A DNA stretch of 64,000 nucleotides, taken from positions 64,001 through 128,000 of IMG/VR virus record IMGVR_UViG_3300020469_000011; one strand, given 5' to 3'. A program made the position numbers and the translations under genes. This document shows, in pieces, positions 30,422 to 38,539 of the stretch. The stretch is from a virus. Numbering within the stretch: position 1 is the first letter of the stretch; each line of letters opens with the position of its first letter. The notes under the pieces were generated by a model that ran no database searches, was not told the origin of the DNA, and worked only from the letters and a program-made list of their open reading frames with translations.

Positions 30422-32031
30422 TGTCTTTTAAAACATTTTCCCTTAGAGAAAATTATATTATTGAAGCCGCAGGTAATGCAATGCTTGATGTATCTATTAC
30501 AAATGCAGATAAAGCCTTCAAAAATAAAACAAAATTCTTTTACTATGTTGGAGATGATGAAAAATTATTAAGTGAAAAGGAATACTCAATAGAAGAAAAA
30601 TATGACGGCGTGAAGCTTACCTTATTTCGTAATGGAAAAGATTTTGATTCTAAAAACTTTGAAAATAATTGGGTTATAGCCTACAAAAATAGAAAATTAC
30701 ATCCAAGTGAATTTAAATCTACGTCTGCTGCAAATGTAAAACAAAAAGGTATTGGTGTTTCTCAGTATAAAATTATTGCAGATCATTTGAAAAAAATACA
30801 TAAGAGTTTAGATTCAATACCAAAGAATACAGAATTTTTTGTTGAATTTTTAATGCAAAAATCTACCTTAACTAGAACATATGAAAATAAACATGGTGTT
30901 GTGTTAATAGGATATTCACATAATGCTAAAGTAGATCAAGAAGACGATTTTCGTTTCTATACAAAAGAAACTAAATTAAATCAAAGTTTAAATCAAGAAT
31001 ATGCTAAGTTACTGAAATTAGATCTACCTCAAATATTATTTGAAGGAGGTGTTGGTTCTTTTGAAAATTTGAAAGAAGGTGCTTTAGATGATGAACTTAA
31101 AAAACTTCTAAGGAAAAATAAAACCAAAATTCAAGAATTTTACAAGTATAAAAAATGGGATGACTTATATGAATTAATCAAAACTATTTTTCTAGATGTG
31201 TCAAGTTTTTATGGTGGTGTGATGGAAGGAGTTGTACTAAAAGATATTAAACAAAAAACAATGTACAAATTTCTCCAAACAGACCAACATGATAAAGAGT
31301 TTCGTCAGAAGATAAAACAACAATATAAAATGGATGAAGATAAAGAAAAGGAATATTATAAAACTCTAGATAAACTTGCTAAAGATATTTTGAGTAAATT
31401 AGATTTGAGCAAAGAACACTCTGAAATAATGAGTGATTTATCAACTGCTGTTTACAAGAAAAAATTACCAAGAAATTTACATACCAAGAGAAACGATCAT
31501 CAAATAAAAGAAGATCTTCATTTAAAAGTAAAAGATGCATTTGAAAAAATGCTTAAAGGTTGGGGTGGTGTAGTAGGTAAATTTAGAATTGTTACTAAAG
31601 AACATGTAAACATGATAGACTATGCTCTTAAAAAATACAAAGGTGTTTCTGTAATGCTTGTTGCAGGCTCTAGAGATATTATGTTAGTTCAAGAGAATAT
31701 GAAAATTTTTAAAGAAATATTTAAAGACAAACCGGCAGAATTTTTTATAGCTAAGACCGGAAACATAATAAGATTAGAGCAACTTACTAGAAATCCTATT
31801 GTTGCTTATGTAGCTGGACCAGATAGAAAAGAAGATTATCAAAAACAAATTGAGGGTGCTAATAGCGATGCAGTTGTAGATGTTTATGATGGAGGAAAAA
31901 GAGATGAAATTTCTGCATCAAAAGCAGAAGAAGCTTTGATGGCAAATGATGTACAATCATTAAGAAAAATTGTACATCCAGTTGCTCTTAAAAATATTGA
32001 TAAATGGGAAAAATATTACAGTAAATTTTAA
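30418..32031 (+). CDS. Fusion of an ATP-dependent ligase-like (KxDG) domain and a HIGH-family cytidylyl/adenylyltransferase-like domain
   Basis: EEKYDG (motif I), FFVEFL (III), MEGVVLK (IV), YKF (V); C-terminal GKFRIVTKEH, VAGPDR, ISASKA. Confidence 0.65.
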   Translation: MMSFKTFSLRENYIIEAAGNAMLDVSITNADKAFKNKTKFFYYVGDDEKLLSEKEYSIEEKYDGVKLTLFRNGKDFDSKNFENNWVIAYKNRKLHPSEFKSTSAANVKQKGIGVSQYKIIADHLKKIHKSLDSIPKNTEFFVEFLMQKSTLTRTYENKHGVVLIGYSHNAKVDQEDDFRFYTKETKLNQSLNQEYAKLLKLDLPQILFEGGVGSFENLKEGALDDELKKLLRKNKTKIQEFYKYKKWDDLYELIKTIFLDVSSFYGGVMEGVVLKDIKQKTMYKFLQTDQHDKEFRQKIKQQYKMDEDKEKEYYKTLDKLAKDILSKLDLSKEHSEIMSDLSTAVYKKKLPRNLHTKRNDHQIKEDLHLKVKDAFEKMLKGWGGVVGKFRIVTKEHVNMIDYALKKYKGVSVMLVAGSRDIMLVQENMKIFKEIFKDKPAEFFIAKTGNIIRLEQLTRNPIVAYVAGPDRKEDYQKQIEGANSDAVVDVYDGGKRDEISASKAEEALMANDVQSLRKIVHPVALKNIDKWEKYYSKF

Positions 32032-32345
32032 TCAACTTGAGAAATTAATATATCATAATCCATAGTAATTTCAAATTGAAAGTTTTCATAAAAATTAAAT
32101 TGTATAATTCCATCATCTAACTTCATGAGAAATAGAAAAGTATATTTGTTGAAATAAGTTCTTCTGTTTTCGCTTGCATATTTAAAAAAGTATTCATCAA
32201 ATTCTGAATTGTCTATGCTATCGTAACCTTTCATTCTTATAACATTATCTTGATTAAAATATACATGAATTTCATTATCAACAAAATCTATCACATTAGC
32301 ATTAGAAAAATTAAATAGATGTTTATCAGATTCAACTAAAATCAT
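32028..32345 (-). CDS. Hypothetical protein (105 aa)
   Basis: GAGGAG SD upstream; TATAAATA on the minus strand at 32406-32413. Confidence 0.65.
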   Translation of the reverse strand: MILVESDKHLFNFSNANVIDFVDNEIHVYFNQDNVIRMKGYDSIDNSEFDEYFFKYASENRRTYFNKYTFLFLMKLDDGIIQFNFYENFQFEITMDYDILISQVD

Positions 32346-32390
32346 AATGGTTTCTCCTCAACATGAGTAAAGTCAATTAAAAATTAATAA

Positions 32391-32413
32391 CTAAATATAG
32401 TTAAGTATTTATA
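32391..32413. promoter_or_regulatory. Face-to-face late promoter motifs (CTAAATA on plus; TATAAATA on minus)
   Basis: Intergenic region between divergent genes; matches the T4 late consensus. Confidence 0.5.
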
Positions 32414-32439
32414 TTCAAAAAATGAGGAAATAAAGATAT

Positions 32440-33273
32440 ATGGCAAGACTACAATCTATTCAAAAACCTACCACCCTGCTTACTTTAAAGTTCTCAAAAA
32501 CAGAAGCAAATGCATTTTCAGGTGCTGCCGGTGAAATTATATTAATTACAATAAATGGTATCATTCAAGGTGATGTTAGAATTTCAACAGGAAATCCTAA
32601 CTATACGATGCCAGTATATCCTATAGGTTCTCTCGTTTATTACGCCGGACAGACTCCTCCAAATGGATATTTATTCTGCAATGGAGCAACAGTATCAAGT
32701 AGTCTATATCCAGAATTGTATAGTAAAATAGGAACAACTTGGGGAGGAGATAGTACAAATTTTGCTTTACCCAATTTTACAACAGATGGTGGAAGATTTA
32801 TTAGAAATTTAAATCAACAAGGTGTTGGTAATTCAACATTTCCAGATTATTACTATACAAGTTATGATGATTATGGGACGTATAATAGATTTACTGCCAA
32901 TCTACAGTTAGTAAATAGAACATTCGGACAGTTTCAATCTGATGCATATGGATATCATTCTCATGGCAAACCATCAAATTCAGAATATGCAGGAGATCAT
33001 AGTCACAATTACTATGGGTCTAGAAATGCAACAAATGGTGTGCAATTAGGTAGTGACACTGCTGGAGTTAATGGATATAGAGGAGTGTTTGGATATGGGT
33101 CTGCAGCAACAACAGTTTCTTCCGGATATCATGTACATTATGGATGGTTGGGGTATGGACCAAATCAAAGTTCAACTTTACATAATACTGTTGATGCTGC
33201 TAATAGTTCTTTAAATAATCAAGGTGAGACAAGACCTGTAAATCATCCACTAATGTTCTGTATAAAATACTAA
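32440..33273 (+). CDS. Tail-collar-domain fibre protein 1
   Basis: PIGSLVYYAGQTPPNGYLFCNGATVSSSLYPELY..IGTTWG..FALPN collar domain; HxH motifs; ends ETRPVNHPLMFCIKY. Confidence 0.88.
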   Translation: MARLQSIQKPTTLLTLKFSKTEANAFSGAAGEIILITINGIIQGDVRISTGNPNYTMPVYPIGSLVYYAGQTPPNGYLFCNGATVSSSLYPELYSKIGTTWGGDSTNFALPNFTTDGGRFIRNLNQQGVGNSTFPDYYYTSYDDYGTYNRFTANLQLVNRTFGQFQSDAYGYHSHGKPSNSEYAGDHSHNYYGSRNATNGVQLGSDTAGVNGYRGVFGYGSAATTVSSGYHVHYGWLGYGPNQSSTLHNTVDAANSSLNNQGETRPVNHPLMFCIKY

Positions 33274-33286
33274 AGGATTATATAAA

Positions 33287-34105
33287 ATGCCGCTACAAGG
33301 AATTAGTTCTGGAGTTTTTAAATTTTCAACTACTACTCAAAATAGAGCAAGAACTTCCATACCAGGAACGATGGCTATTTCTGTAGATGATAATAATACT
33401 ATAACAGGTGATTTTAGAGTTCATGACGGACTTACTCCTGGAGGTATTTCAAATCCACCTCCTGGTACTGTCTCGCATATAATCTCAAAATATGATAGTA
33501 ATTTTACAGATAATATTTCAGAACCAGATGGTTGGTTTTTCTGTGATGGTAGAGAAGTTGTGATAGCAGAATATAATGCATTATATCAAGCGATTGGTAC
33601 ACATTGGAATGAAGGAACCGTAACAAGTGGTTCATATAAAATACCTGATCTTAGAAATCATTATATAAGATGTACTACAGGCGCTGTTGGTCTTTCACAA
33701 AAACAAGATAGTGTTATTGAAAAACATTCTCATTGGATGTTATGGGATGGAGCAGGAAGTCATACTCATACATATACACCATATCAAGATGGTAATTATG
33801 CACCTAATGTGTATGCTTTATATATTAGACATACTAATGATGTTTCCGGATCAGATTCAGGTTATTATGATAATACTGGTATAAAGAATCAACCAGTATA
33901 TAATACACCGGGAGCATATACATATCATTGGGGAGGCAGCTATGGAGGTCCTGGACCAACTTATATTACAATGGGCTATGGTTCATCTTTACCTGCTAAT
34001 GGTAGTAGTGCTCTTGAACACCATCATCAAGTCTCTCTTACTAATGCAGGTAGTTCTGAAGTAGATTTATATCATGTTAAATTATCAACATTTATAAAGT
34101 ATTAA
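33287..34105 (+). CDS. Tail-collar-domain fibre protein 2
   Basis: RVHDGLTPGG N-terminal motif; PDGWFFCDGR...YNALYQAIG...IPDLR; HxH motifs; ends FIKY. Confidence 0.88.
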   Translation: MPLQGISSGVFKFSTTTQNRARTSIPGTMAISVDDNNTITGDFRVHDGLTPGGISNPPPGTVSHIISKYDSNFTDNISEPDGWFFCDGREVVIAEYNALYQAIGTHWNEGTVTSGSYKIPDLRNHYIRCTTGAVGLSQKQDSVIEKHSHWMLWDGAGSHTHTYTPYQDGNYAPNVYALYIRHTNDVSGSDSGYYDNTGIKNQPVYNTPGAYTYHWGGSYGGPGPTYITMGYGSSLPANGSSALEHHHQVSLTNAGSSEVDLYHVKLSTFIKY

Positions 34106-34107
34106 AA

Positions 34108-35367
34108 ATGGCAGACAATTATTTTTCGAATAGAATATCAATAGATGAAAGAAAACTTGATGTAAATGATGATTCTTCAAATTTTGACATCACTTCTAGT
34201 AATTATAGTACATTTATCGGTGACGTAGGAATACAAAGATTAAAAGGATTAGCTGTTACTAAACTAGATGTTAATACATTACCCACCGATGGTAATGATA
34301 CATTTCCTACAAACAAAGGAACTTTCGCTGTTTTAGAATCTGGAAATAATAATTATACAGGTCAAATAAGAATTCTAGATGGTGGTGTAACAAGAACTGG
34401 TAAACCTGTTCCTCATGTTGGGACTTTAGGCTATTTTGCGTACAATGGTATTCCAGATGGTTGGTTAGAATGTAATGGAGCATTTATATTATATGCAAAA
34501 AATGCAGGATCTGGAACTTTTAAAGATACTGAATTTACTGAACTATACAATGTTCTTAATACATGGACAAGTGCAAATTCTGACACTGCAGTTACCACAC
34601 AACCTATCTCTACAGGAAATGCTTTTAAGTTACCTGATTTTAGGGGATTTTTTATCAGATGTTCGAATACTGGAGAAGTACCACAAACAAAATACAACAC
34701 TAGTAATTATAAAAATCATTCTCACAATGGAGCTTCTCTTTATAGTAGTCATTCTGGAGGAAGTCCTGAAGTTGGAACTTACGGTTTTGCTAGATTTGCT
34801 TTCTCAGGAGATCATGGAAGTGATCAAGATTATAGTAATCCGATGAATGGGATGGATGGTTATGAATATAATTATTATCATTTAAATGCTGAAAGAGGTT
34901 CTTGGTCTGGTAGATATAATTATTCTTATTCACATCAGTATGGTTGGGCCCAAACTTACACTTATTCAGGCTGGCAAGGCGACATATATACTCACGGAAC
35001 AGGTGGCGGCCGTGCTGGTGGTACATATGGTTCTAATCCAGAAAATATATACTCATTTGATAGGCATTTACATCCTCAGATGAGAACATGGCAAAGAAAT
35101 AGTGATTACGGACCCTTGCATGGATATACATCTAATCCATTTCAAGGTGCAGAAAATTATCAAGGCTGGTGGTATTGGCCTGCTCATATTGCACTTTCAA
35201 ATGCTGGAACTCCCGCAGGCTCAGAACTATTAAATTCTGGTTATGATGGAGATAGGACATCAACTGCGGGTAGTCACCGACATGGAATTAATGTAGGACC
35301 TAGTTACAGAGGTGAAACTGAAACAAGAGCAACTAATATTGCTTTGAAAATTTGTATAAAATACTGA
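34108..35367 (+). CDS. Tail-collar-domain fibre protein 3
   Basis: PDGWLECNG...FKLPDFRGFFIR; HxH motifs; ends ETRATNIALKICIKY. Confidence 0.88.
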   Translation: MADNYFSNRISIDERKLDVNDDSSNFDITSSNYSTFIGDVGIQRLKGLAVTKLDVNTLPTDGNDTFPTNKGTFAVLESGNNNYTGQIRILDGGVTRTGKPVPHVGTLGYFAYNGIPDGWLECNGAFILYAKNAGSGTFKDTEFTELYNVLNTWTSANSDTAVTTQPISTGNAFKLPDFRGFFIRCSNTGEVPQTKYNTSNYKNHSHNGASLYSSHSGGSPEVGTYGFARFAFSGDHGSDQDYSNPMNGMDGYEYNYYHLNAERGSWSGRYNYSYSHQYGWAQTYTYSGWQGDIYTHGTGGGRAGGTYGSNPENIYSFDRHLHPQMRTWQRNSDYGPLHGYTSNPFQGAENYQGWWYWPAHIALSNAGTPAGSELLNSGYDGDRTSTAGSHRHGINVGPSYRGETETRATNIALKICIKY

Positions 35368-35379
35368 TAAAGGAATTTA

Positions 35380-35895
35380 ATGGAAACTGTAAATCATAAA
35401 GATGTATGTATTTTAGATGAAAATAATTATTTTTTAAGACAAGTTAGAATTTTTAGAGATCCAAGAGACCCTGAAAACTTTTTATATCCACCTAACGCAC
35501 ATGAAATTGATCCTCCAGAAGTGCATTTACTTGAATCTGGTCATTTGGCTTTATGGAATACAGAAGATTCCGTTTGGGTATATGAACATCCAGAACCAGA
35601 AAGTAATAGTCAACCTCCGGTAGATCCAATGTATGCTTTAAGAGTTTCTAGGGACTATAGGTTACACAAATCTGATATTCATGTTTTACAATGTTATGAA
35701 AATGGTGAACCTGTTAGTGAGGCTGTAAAAAAATATAGAATAGAATTAAGAGACATTCCAAATAAAATAGCAGATGGTACATATTCAGAACCAATAGTAA
35801 ATCCTGATCCAGAACCAGATGCAAGATTTAAAGAGCCTTCAGGTTTAATTATTTTTGAAAATTGGCCTGAAATTCCAAAGGAAATGCTAGAATGA
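35380..35895 (+). CDS. Tail fibre assembly chaperone
   Basis: LRVSRDYRLHKSD...YRIELRDIP...WPEIP chaperone signature; follows the fibre genes. Confidence 0.8.
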   Translation: METVNHKDVCILDENNYFLRQVRIFRDPRDPENFLYPPNAHEIDPPEVHLLESGHLALWNTEDSVWVYEHPEPESNSQPPVDPMYALRVSRDYRLHKSDIHVLQCYENGEPVSEAVKKYRIELRDIPNKIADGTYSEPIVNPDPEPDARFKEPSGLIIFENWPEIPKEMLE

Positions 35896-36407
35896 CCACT
35901 CAACATTGTATCTTAAATTCAAATAATAAATTTGTTGATGTTGTAAGTGAAGAAGATTCTTCACAATACACAACAGTTTTAGCTATACCCCCAACTTTAA
36001 AAGAAAATTTTGAAGCTACTTGGGATGATGGTACATGGATAGTAAGAAGAATACGTGCAAATACTACTCAAGAAATATCTAATATAGAATATACTGAAGA
36101 CAATAAAATTGAAAACACTTTTTATAATCATACTACCGTTCAATACTTGGAAGAGCAACTGAATATATTGCGTGTAAAAATGGCAATTGATTATGAAAAA
36201 AATGGTGAAGTCTTAAAAAAACATACTGATTATGAAAACGTATTAAATAGTTACATTGAAACATGTTCTAATGTTGTTTTAAAAGAAGAAGATATCTATA
36301 TTGAAGAAGAGTTTCCTGATCCAGAAGATGAACAAAAAACGGTAATTAATAAAATTTTAAATTATAAAAATTATTTTAGAAACCTTGAGGATTTAGCAGA
36401 TTTTTAA
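35892..36407 (+). CDS. Hypothetical protein, possibly a second fibre chaperone
   Basis: IPPTLKENFEATWDDGTW resembles the N-terminus of the preceding gene. Confidence 0.55.
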   Translation: MTTQHCILNSNNKFVDVVSEEDSSQYTTVLAIPPTLKENFEATWDDGTWIVRRIRANTTQEISNIEYTEDNKIENTFYNHTTVQYLEEQLNILRVKMAIDYEKNGEVLKKHTDYENVLNSYIETCSNVVLKEEDIYIEEEFPDPEDEQKTVINKILNYKNYFRNLEDLADF

Positions 36408-36408
36408 C

Positions 36409-36437
36409 TTGACTTTTTTATCTGTATCTGTTATACT
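36409..36437 (+). promoter_or_regulatory. Sigma70-type early promoter of hsp20 (late CTAAATA motif also at 36452-36458)
   Basis: TTGACT-N17-TATACT with extended TG. Confidence 0.75.
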
Positions 36438-36492
36438 AACGTAAAAGTCAACTAAATAGTTTTGAGGAAGTAAAGATGCTTTCTCATTATAA

Positions 36493-36568
36493 GCAGTCGC
36501 TCATTTTGAGGTCTGCGATATATAGCAACGCACGTTGCTTAATATTACTCGCTTAATAAGGAGGCTAT
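36493..36568 (+). promoter_or_regulatory. ROSE-like RNA thermometer in the hsp20 5' UTR
   Basis: Three hairpins; in the last, CUCGCUU pairs with AAGGAG (the SD) leaving a bulged G. Confidence 0.65.
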
Positions 36569-37054
36569 ATGTTTCTTACACGTTATTCAAGTAACGACTG
36601 GGATAAAATTTTTAGACATTCTGTAGATTTGTTTGATCGAATGGAAATGATTCTTGATGATCAACAGTTCTCAAATTCGTTATCACATACGTTTCCCCCT
36701 CATAATATACGCAAAAAAGATAATTCTTATCTAATTGAAATGGCTGTTGCTGGTTTCAATAAAGACGAAATTGATATTTTTAAGGAAAAGAATCATCTTG
36801 TCATTGAGGGTAAAAAGGAAGAAAAGAATGAAGAAGGTTTTGTGTATCGTGGAATTGCAAATCGTTCTTTTAAGAAATCATTTGCTCTAAGTGAGGACAT
36901 GAAAGTTCTTGCTGCAGATATGAGAGATGGTATGTTGTATGTTGGTCTAGAACATGAAATTCCAGAAAAAGATAAACCTCAAAAAATTGTTATTGGTGAC
37001 CGTGCTGACACTATGTCTTCTGTAATTAATAGTGTTAAAAAATTAGTCGCTTAA
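36569..37054 (+). CDS. hsp20: Small heat-shock protein Hsp20 (IbpA-like)
   Basis: FPPHNI..YLIEMAVAGF..LVIEG..YRGIANRSFKKSFAL..ADMRDGML. Confidence 0.95.
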   Translation: MFLTRYSSNDWDKIFRHSVDLFDRMEMILDDQQFSNSLSHTFPPHNIRKKDNSYLIEMAVAGFNKDEIDIFKEKNHLVIEGKKEEKNEEGFVYRGIANRSFKKSFALSEDMKVLAADMRDGMLYVGLEHEIPEKDKPQKIVIGDRADTMSSVINSVKKLVA

Positions 37055-37064
37055 TATAAAGTAT

Positions 37065-37086
37065 GGTGGTTGTGAAAGCAGCCACC
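37065..37086 (+). terminator. GAAA-tetraloop hairpin after hsp20 (terminator or processing site)
   Basis: GGTGGTTGT-GAAA-GCAGCCACC; no strong U-tract. Confidence 0.5.
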
Positions 37087-37097
37087 TATATATAAAA

Positions 37098-37173
37098 GCG
37101 AGAATAGCTCAATAAGGCAGAGTACAGTCTTACCAAGATTGTGGTGCAGGTTCAATTCCTGCTTCTCGCTCCA
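37098..37173 (+). tRNA. tRNA-Gly with anticodon ACC
   Basis: 76-nt cloverleaf: acceptor GCGAGAA/TTCTCGC, U73 then CCA; D stem GCTC/GAGT; anticodon stem CAGTC/GATTG with loop TT-ACC-AA; T arm GCAGG-TTCAATT-CCTGC. Confidence 0.9.
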
Positions 37174-37200
37174 AACACATCATACACACAGGAGAATTAA

Positions 37201-37500
37201 ATGCAACCATACCCAATCCATCAACATTTTTATACCGCTCGGCGAGATTCTGAGCTTGTTAGGTATTTTAAAAATGAATATCGTTATGATTGGGAATTAA
37301 ATTATGTTAATTTCATGGAACGTGCGAAATCAGAAAAGTACAGTAAAACATTTAAAATATTGGTAAAAAAGTTTAAATTAATTATGAAAATCATGTTTGG
37401 TAATTATTCTGAAGAATACTTATTGAAAGTTAATGAAAAACAAATTTTTAAAGATTTATATGATTCTGAAAGAAAACAAAATTACCCTAGTTATGCGTAA
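37201..37500 (+). CDS. Hypothetical protein
   Basis: AGGAG SD preceded by a CA-rich leader. Confidence 0.7.
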   Translation: MQPYPIHQHFYTARRDSELVRYFKNEYRYDWELNYVNFMERAKSEKYSKTFKILVKKFKLIMKIMFGNYSEEYLLKVNEKQIFKDLYDSERKQNYPSYA

Positions 37501-37539
37501 ATTTAAATTGAACACACACATCACACAAAAGAGAGCATC

Positions 37540-37818
37540 ATGACAGATAGCAAAAATCCATTTCAGATCAGACAAGAACTTTTAAACACCGCAAAAGAAT
37601 ATGTTGAATCAATGTACAATATGCAACAATCTGCTATCGAAAGGCAATTTCATTTAGCTGAAGAAGTAATGAAGAAAAATGAAGAGCAGGGTATGAAAAT
37701 GTTTCAACAGACTACAGAAAATTTAGAAAAATACTGTAAGTCATATCCAGGAGTAGACCAAATTCTTACTGTTGCTAAACAATTTCAAGACTTTGTAGAT
37801 AATAAAGATAAAAAATAA
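37540..37818 (+). CDS. Conserved phage hypothetical protein (KNPFQIRQELL...YPGVDQILTVAKQFQDFV)
   Basis: ORF track; CA-rich leader; motif pattern familiar from large phages. Confidence 0.75.
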   Translation: MTDSKNPFQIRQELLNTAKEYVESMYNMQQSAIERQFHLAEEVMKKNEEQGMKMFQQTTENLEKYCKSYPGVDQILTVAKQFQDFVDNKDKK

Positions 37819-37837
37819 TTACATTAATAGGATTTTT

Positions 37838-37909
37838 ATGGTAGTTGATTTATTGTTTATAGGATTCGTTGCATTTTTTGTTACAGTCCTCTGGTCTAAA
37901 AAAATATGA
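37838..37909 (+). CDS. 23-aa single-pass membrane peptide (MVVDLLFIGFVAFFVTVLWSKKI)
   Basis: Translated by hand; AGGA SD; hydrophobic core followed by KK. Confidence 0.5.
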   Translation: MVVDLLFIGFVAFFVTVLWSKKI

Positions 37910-37920
37910 CCTAATATACT

Positions 37921-37955
37921 ACTCCTAAATAATACATCAATTATTGTTTAGGAGT
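37921..37955 (+). promoter_or_regulatory. 14-bp hairpin sequestering the resolvase SD, with a late-promoter motif in its 5' arm
   Basis: ACTCCTAAATAATA-catcaat-TATTGTTTAGGAGT, followed by a T-run and ATG. Confidence 0.7.
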
Positions 37956-37960
37956 TTTTT

Positions 37961-38539
37961 ATGTTATATATTGGTATTGATTTTTCCATTAGTAGTCCTT
38001 GTGTTTGCTTTTGGGATACAAAAAAACAGCATTTATTTGAAAATTGCGAATTCTTTTTTCTACACTCAAAACCTAGCATTTCAAAAATAAATTTTCCTTC
38101 AAATATTTTTTATTCAGAATCTTCTGGATCAAAAGATAATTCCGTTCGCTTTTCGGAAAATGCAAAACTATTATCAACTGAAATTAAAAAAAGACTTGAC
38201 ATTTATAAAAAATCTGTTATAATGTTGGAAGGTTATTCTATGGGAGCAAAGGGAAGACTTTTTGACATAGGAGAAGCAACCGGAATTTTAAAATTATTTT
38301 TATCGTATGAAAATATTAAACCTATTATTATTGCACCAACTCAAATCAAAAAAATAGCAACTGGCAAAGGAAACGCAAATAAATTTAAAATGCTTGAAAG
38401 ATTTTTTGAAATAAATACTAGTTTACACAATTCAGATTGGACACAAGTTTTAATAACAGAAAAGCACATACAACCACCATTGACGGATATTGTAGATAGT
38501 TTTTTTATTTCTAACTCATTTACGGTAACATATGATTAA
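37961..38539 (+). CDS. RuvC-like Holliday junction resolvase
   Basis: YIGIDFS, MLEGYS, FDIGEATGILK, PTQIKKIATGKGNANK, DIVDS. Confidence 0.8.
   Translation: MLYIGIDFSISSPCVCFWDTKKQHLFENCEFFFLHSKPSISKINFPSNIFYSESSGSKDNSVRFSENAKLLSTEIKKRLDIYKKSVIMLEGYSMGAKGRLFDIGEATGILKLFLSYENIKPIIIAPTQIKKIATGKGNANKFKMLERFFEINTSLHNSDWTQVLITEKHIQPPLTDIVDSFFISNSFTVTYD
38196..38223 (+). promoter_or_regulatory. Intragenic sigma70-type promoter upstream of thyX
   Basis: TTGACA-N16-TATAAT with extended TG. Confidence 0.6.

Noticed and set aside
32440-35367. Diversity-generating retroelement acting on the fibre genes
   Set aside because: No reverse transcriptase and no near-identical template/variable repeat pair seen in this window
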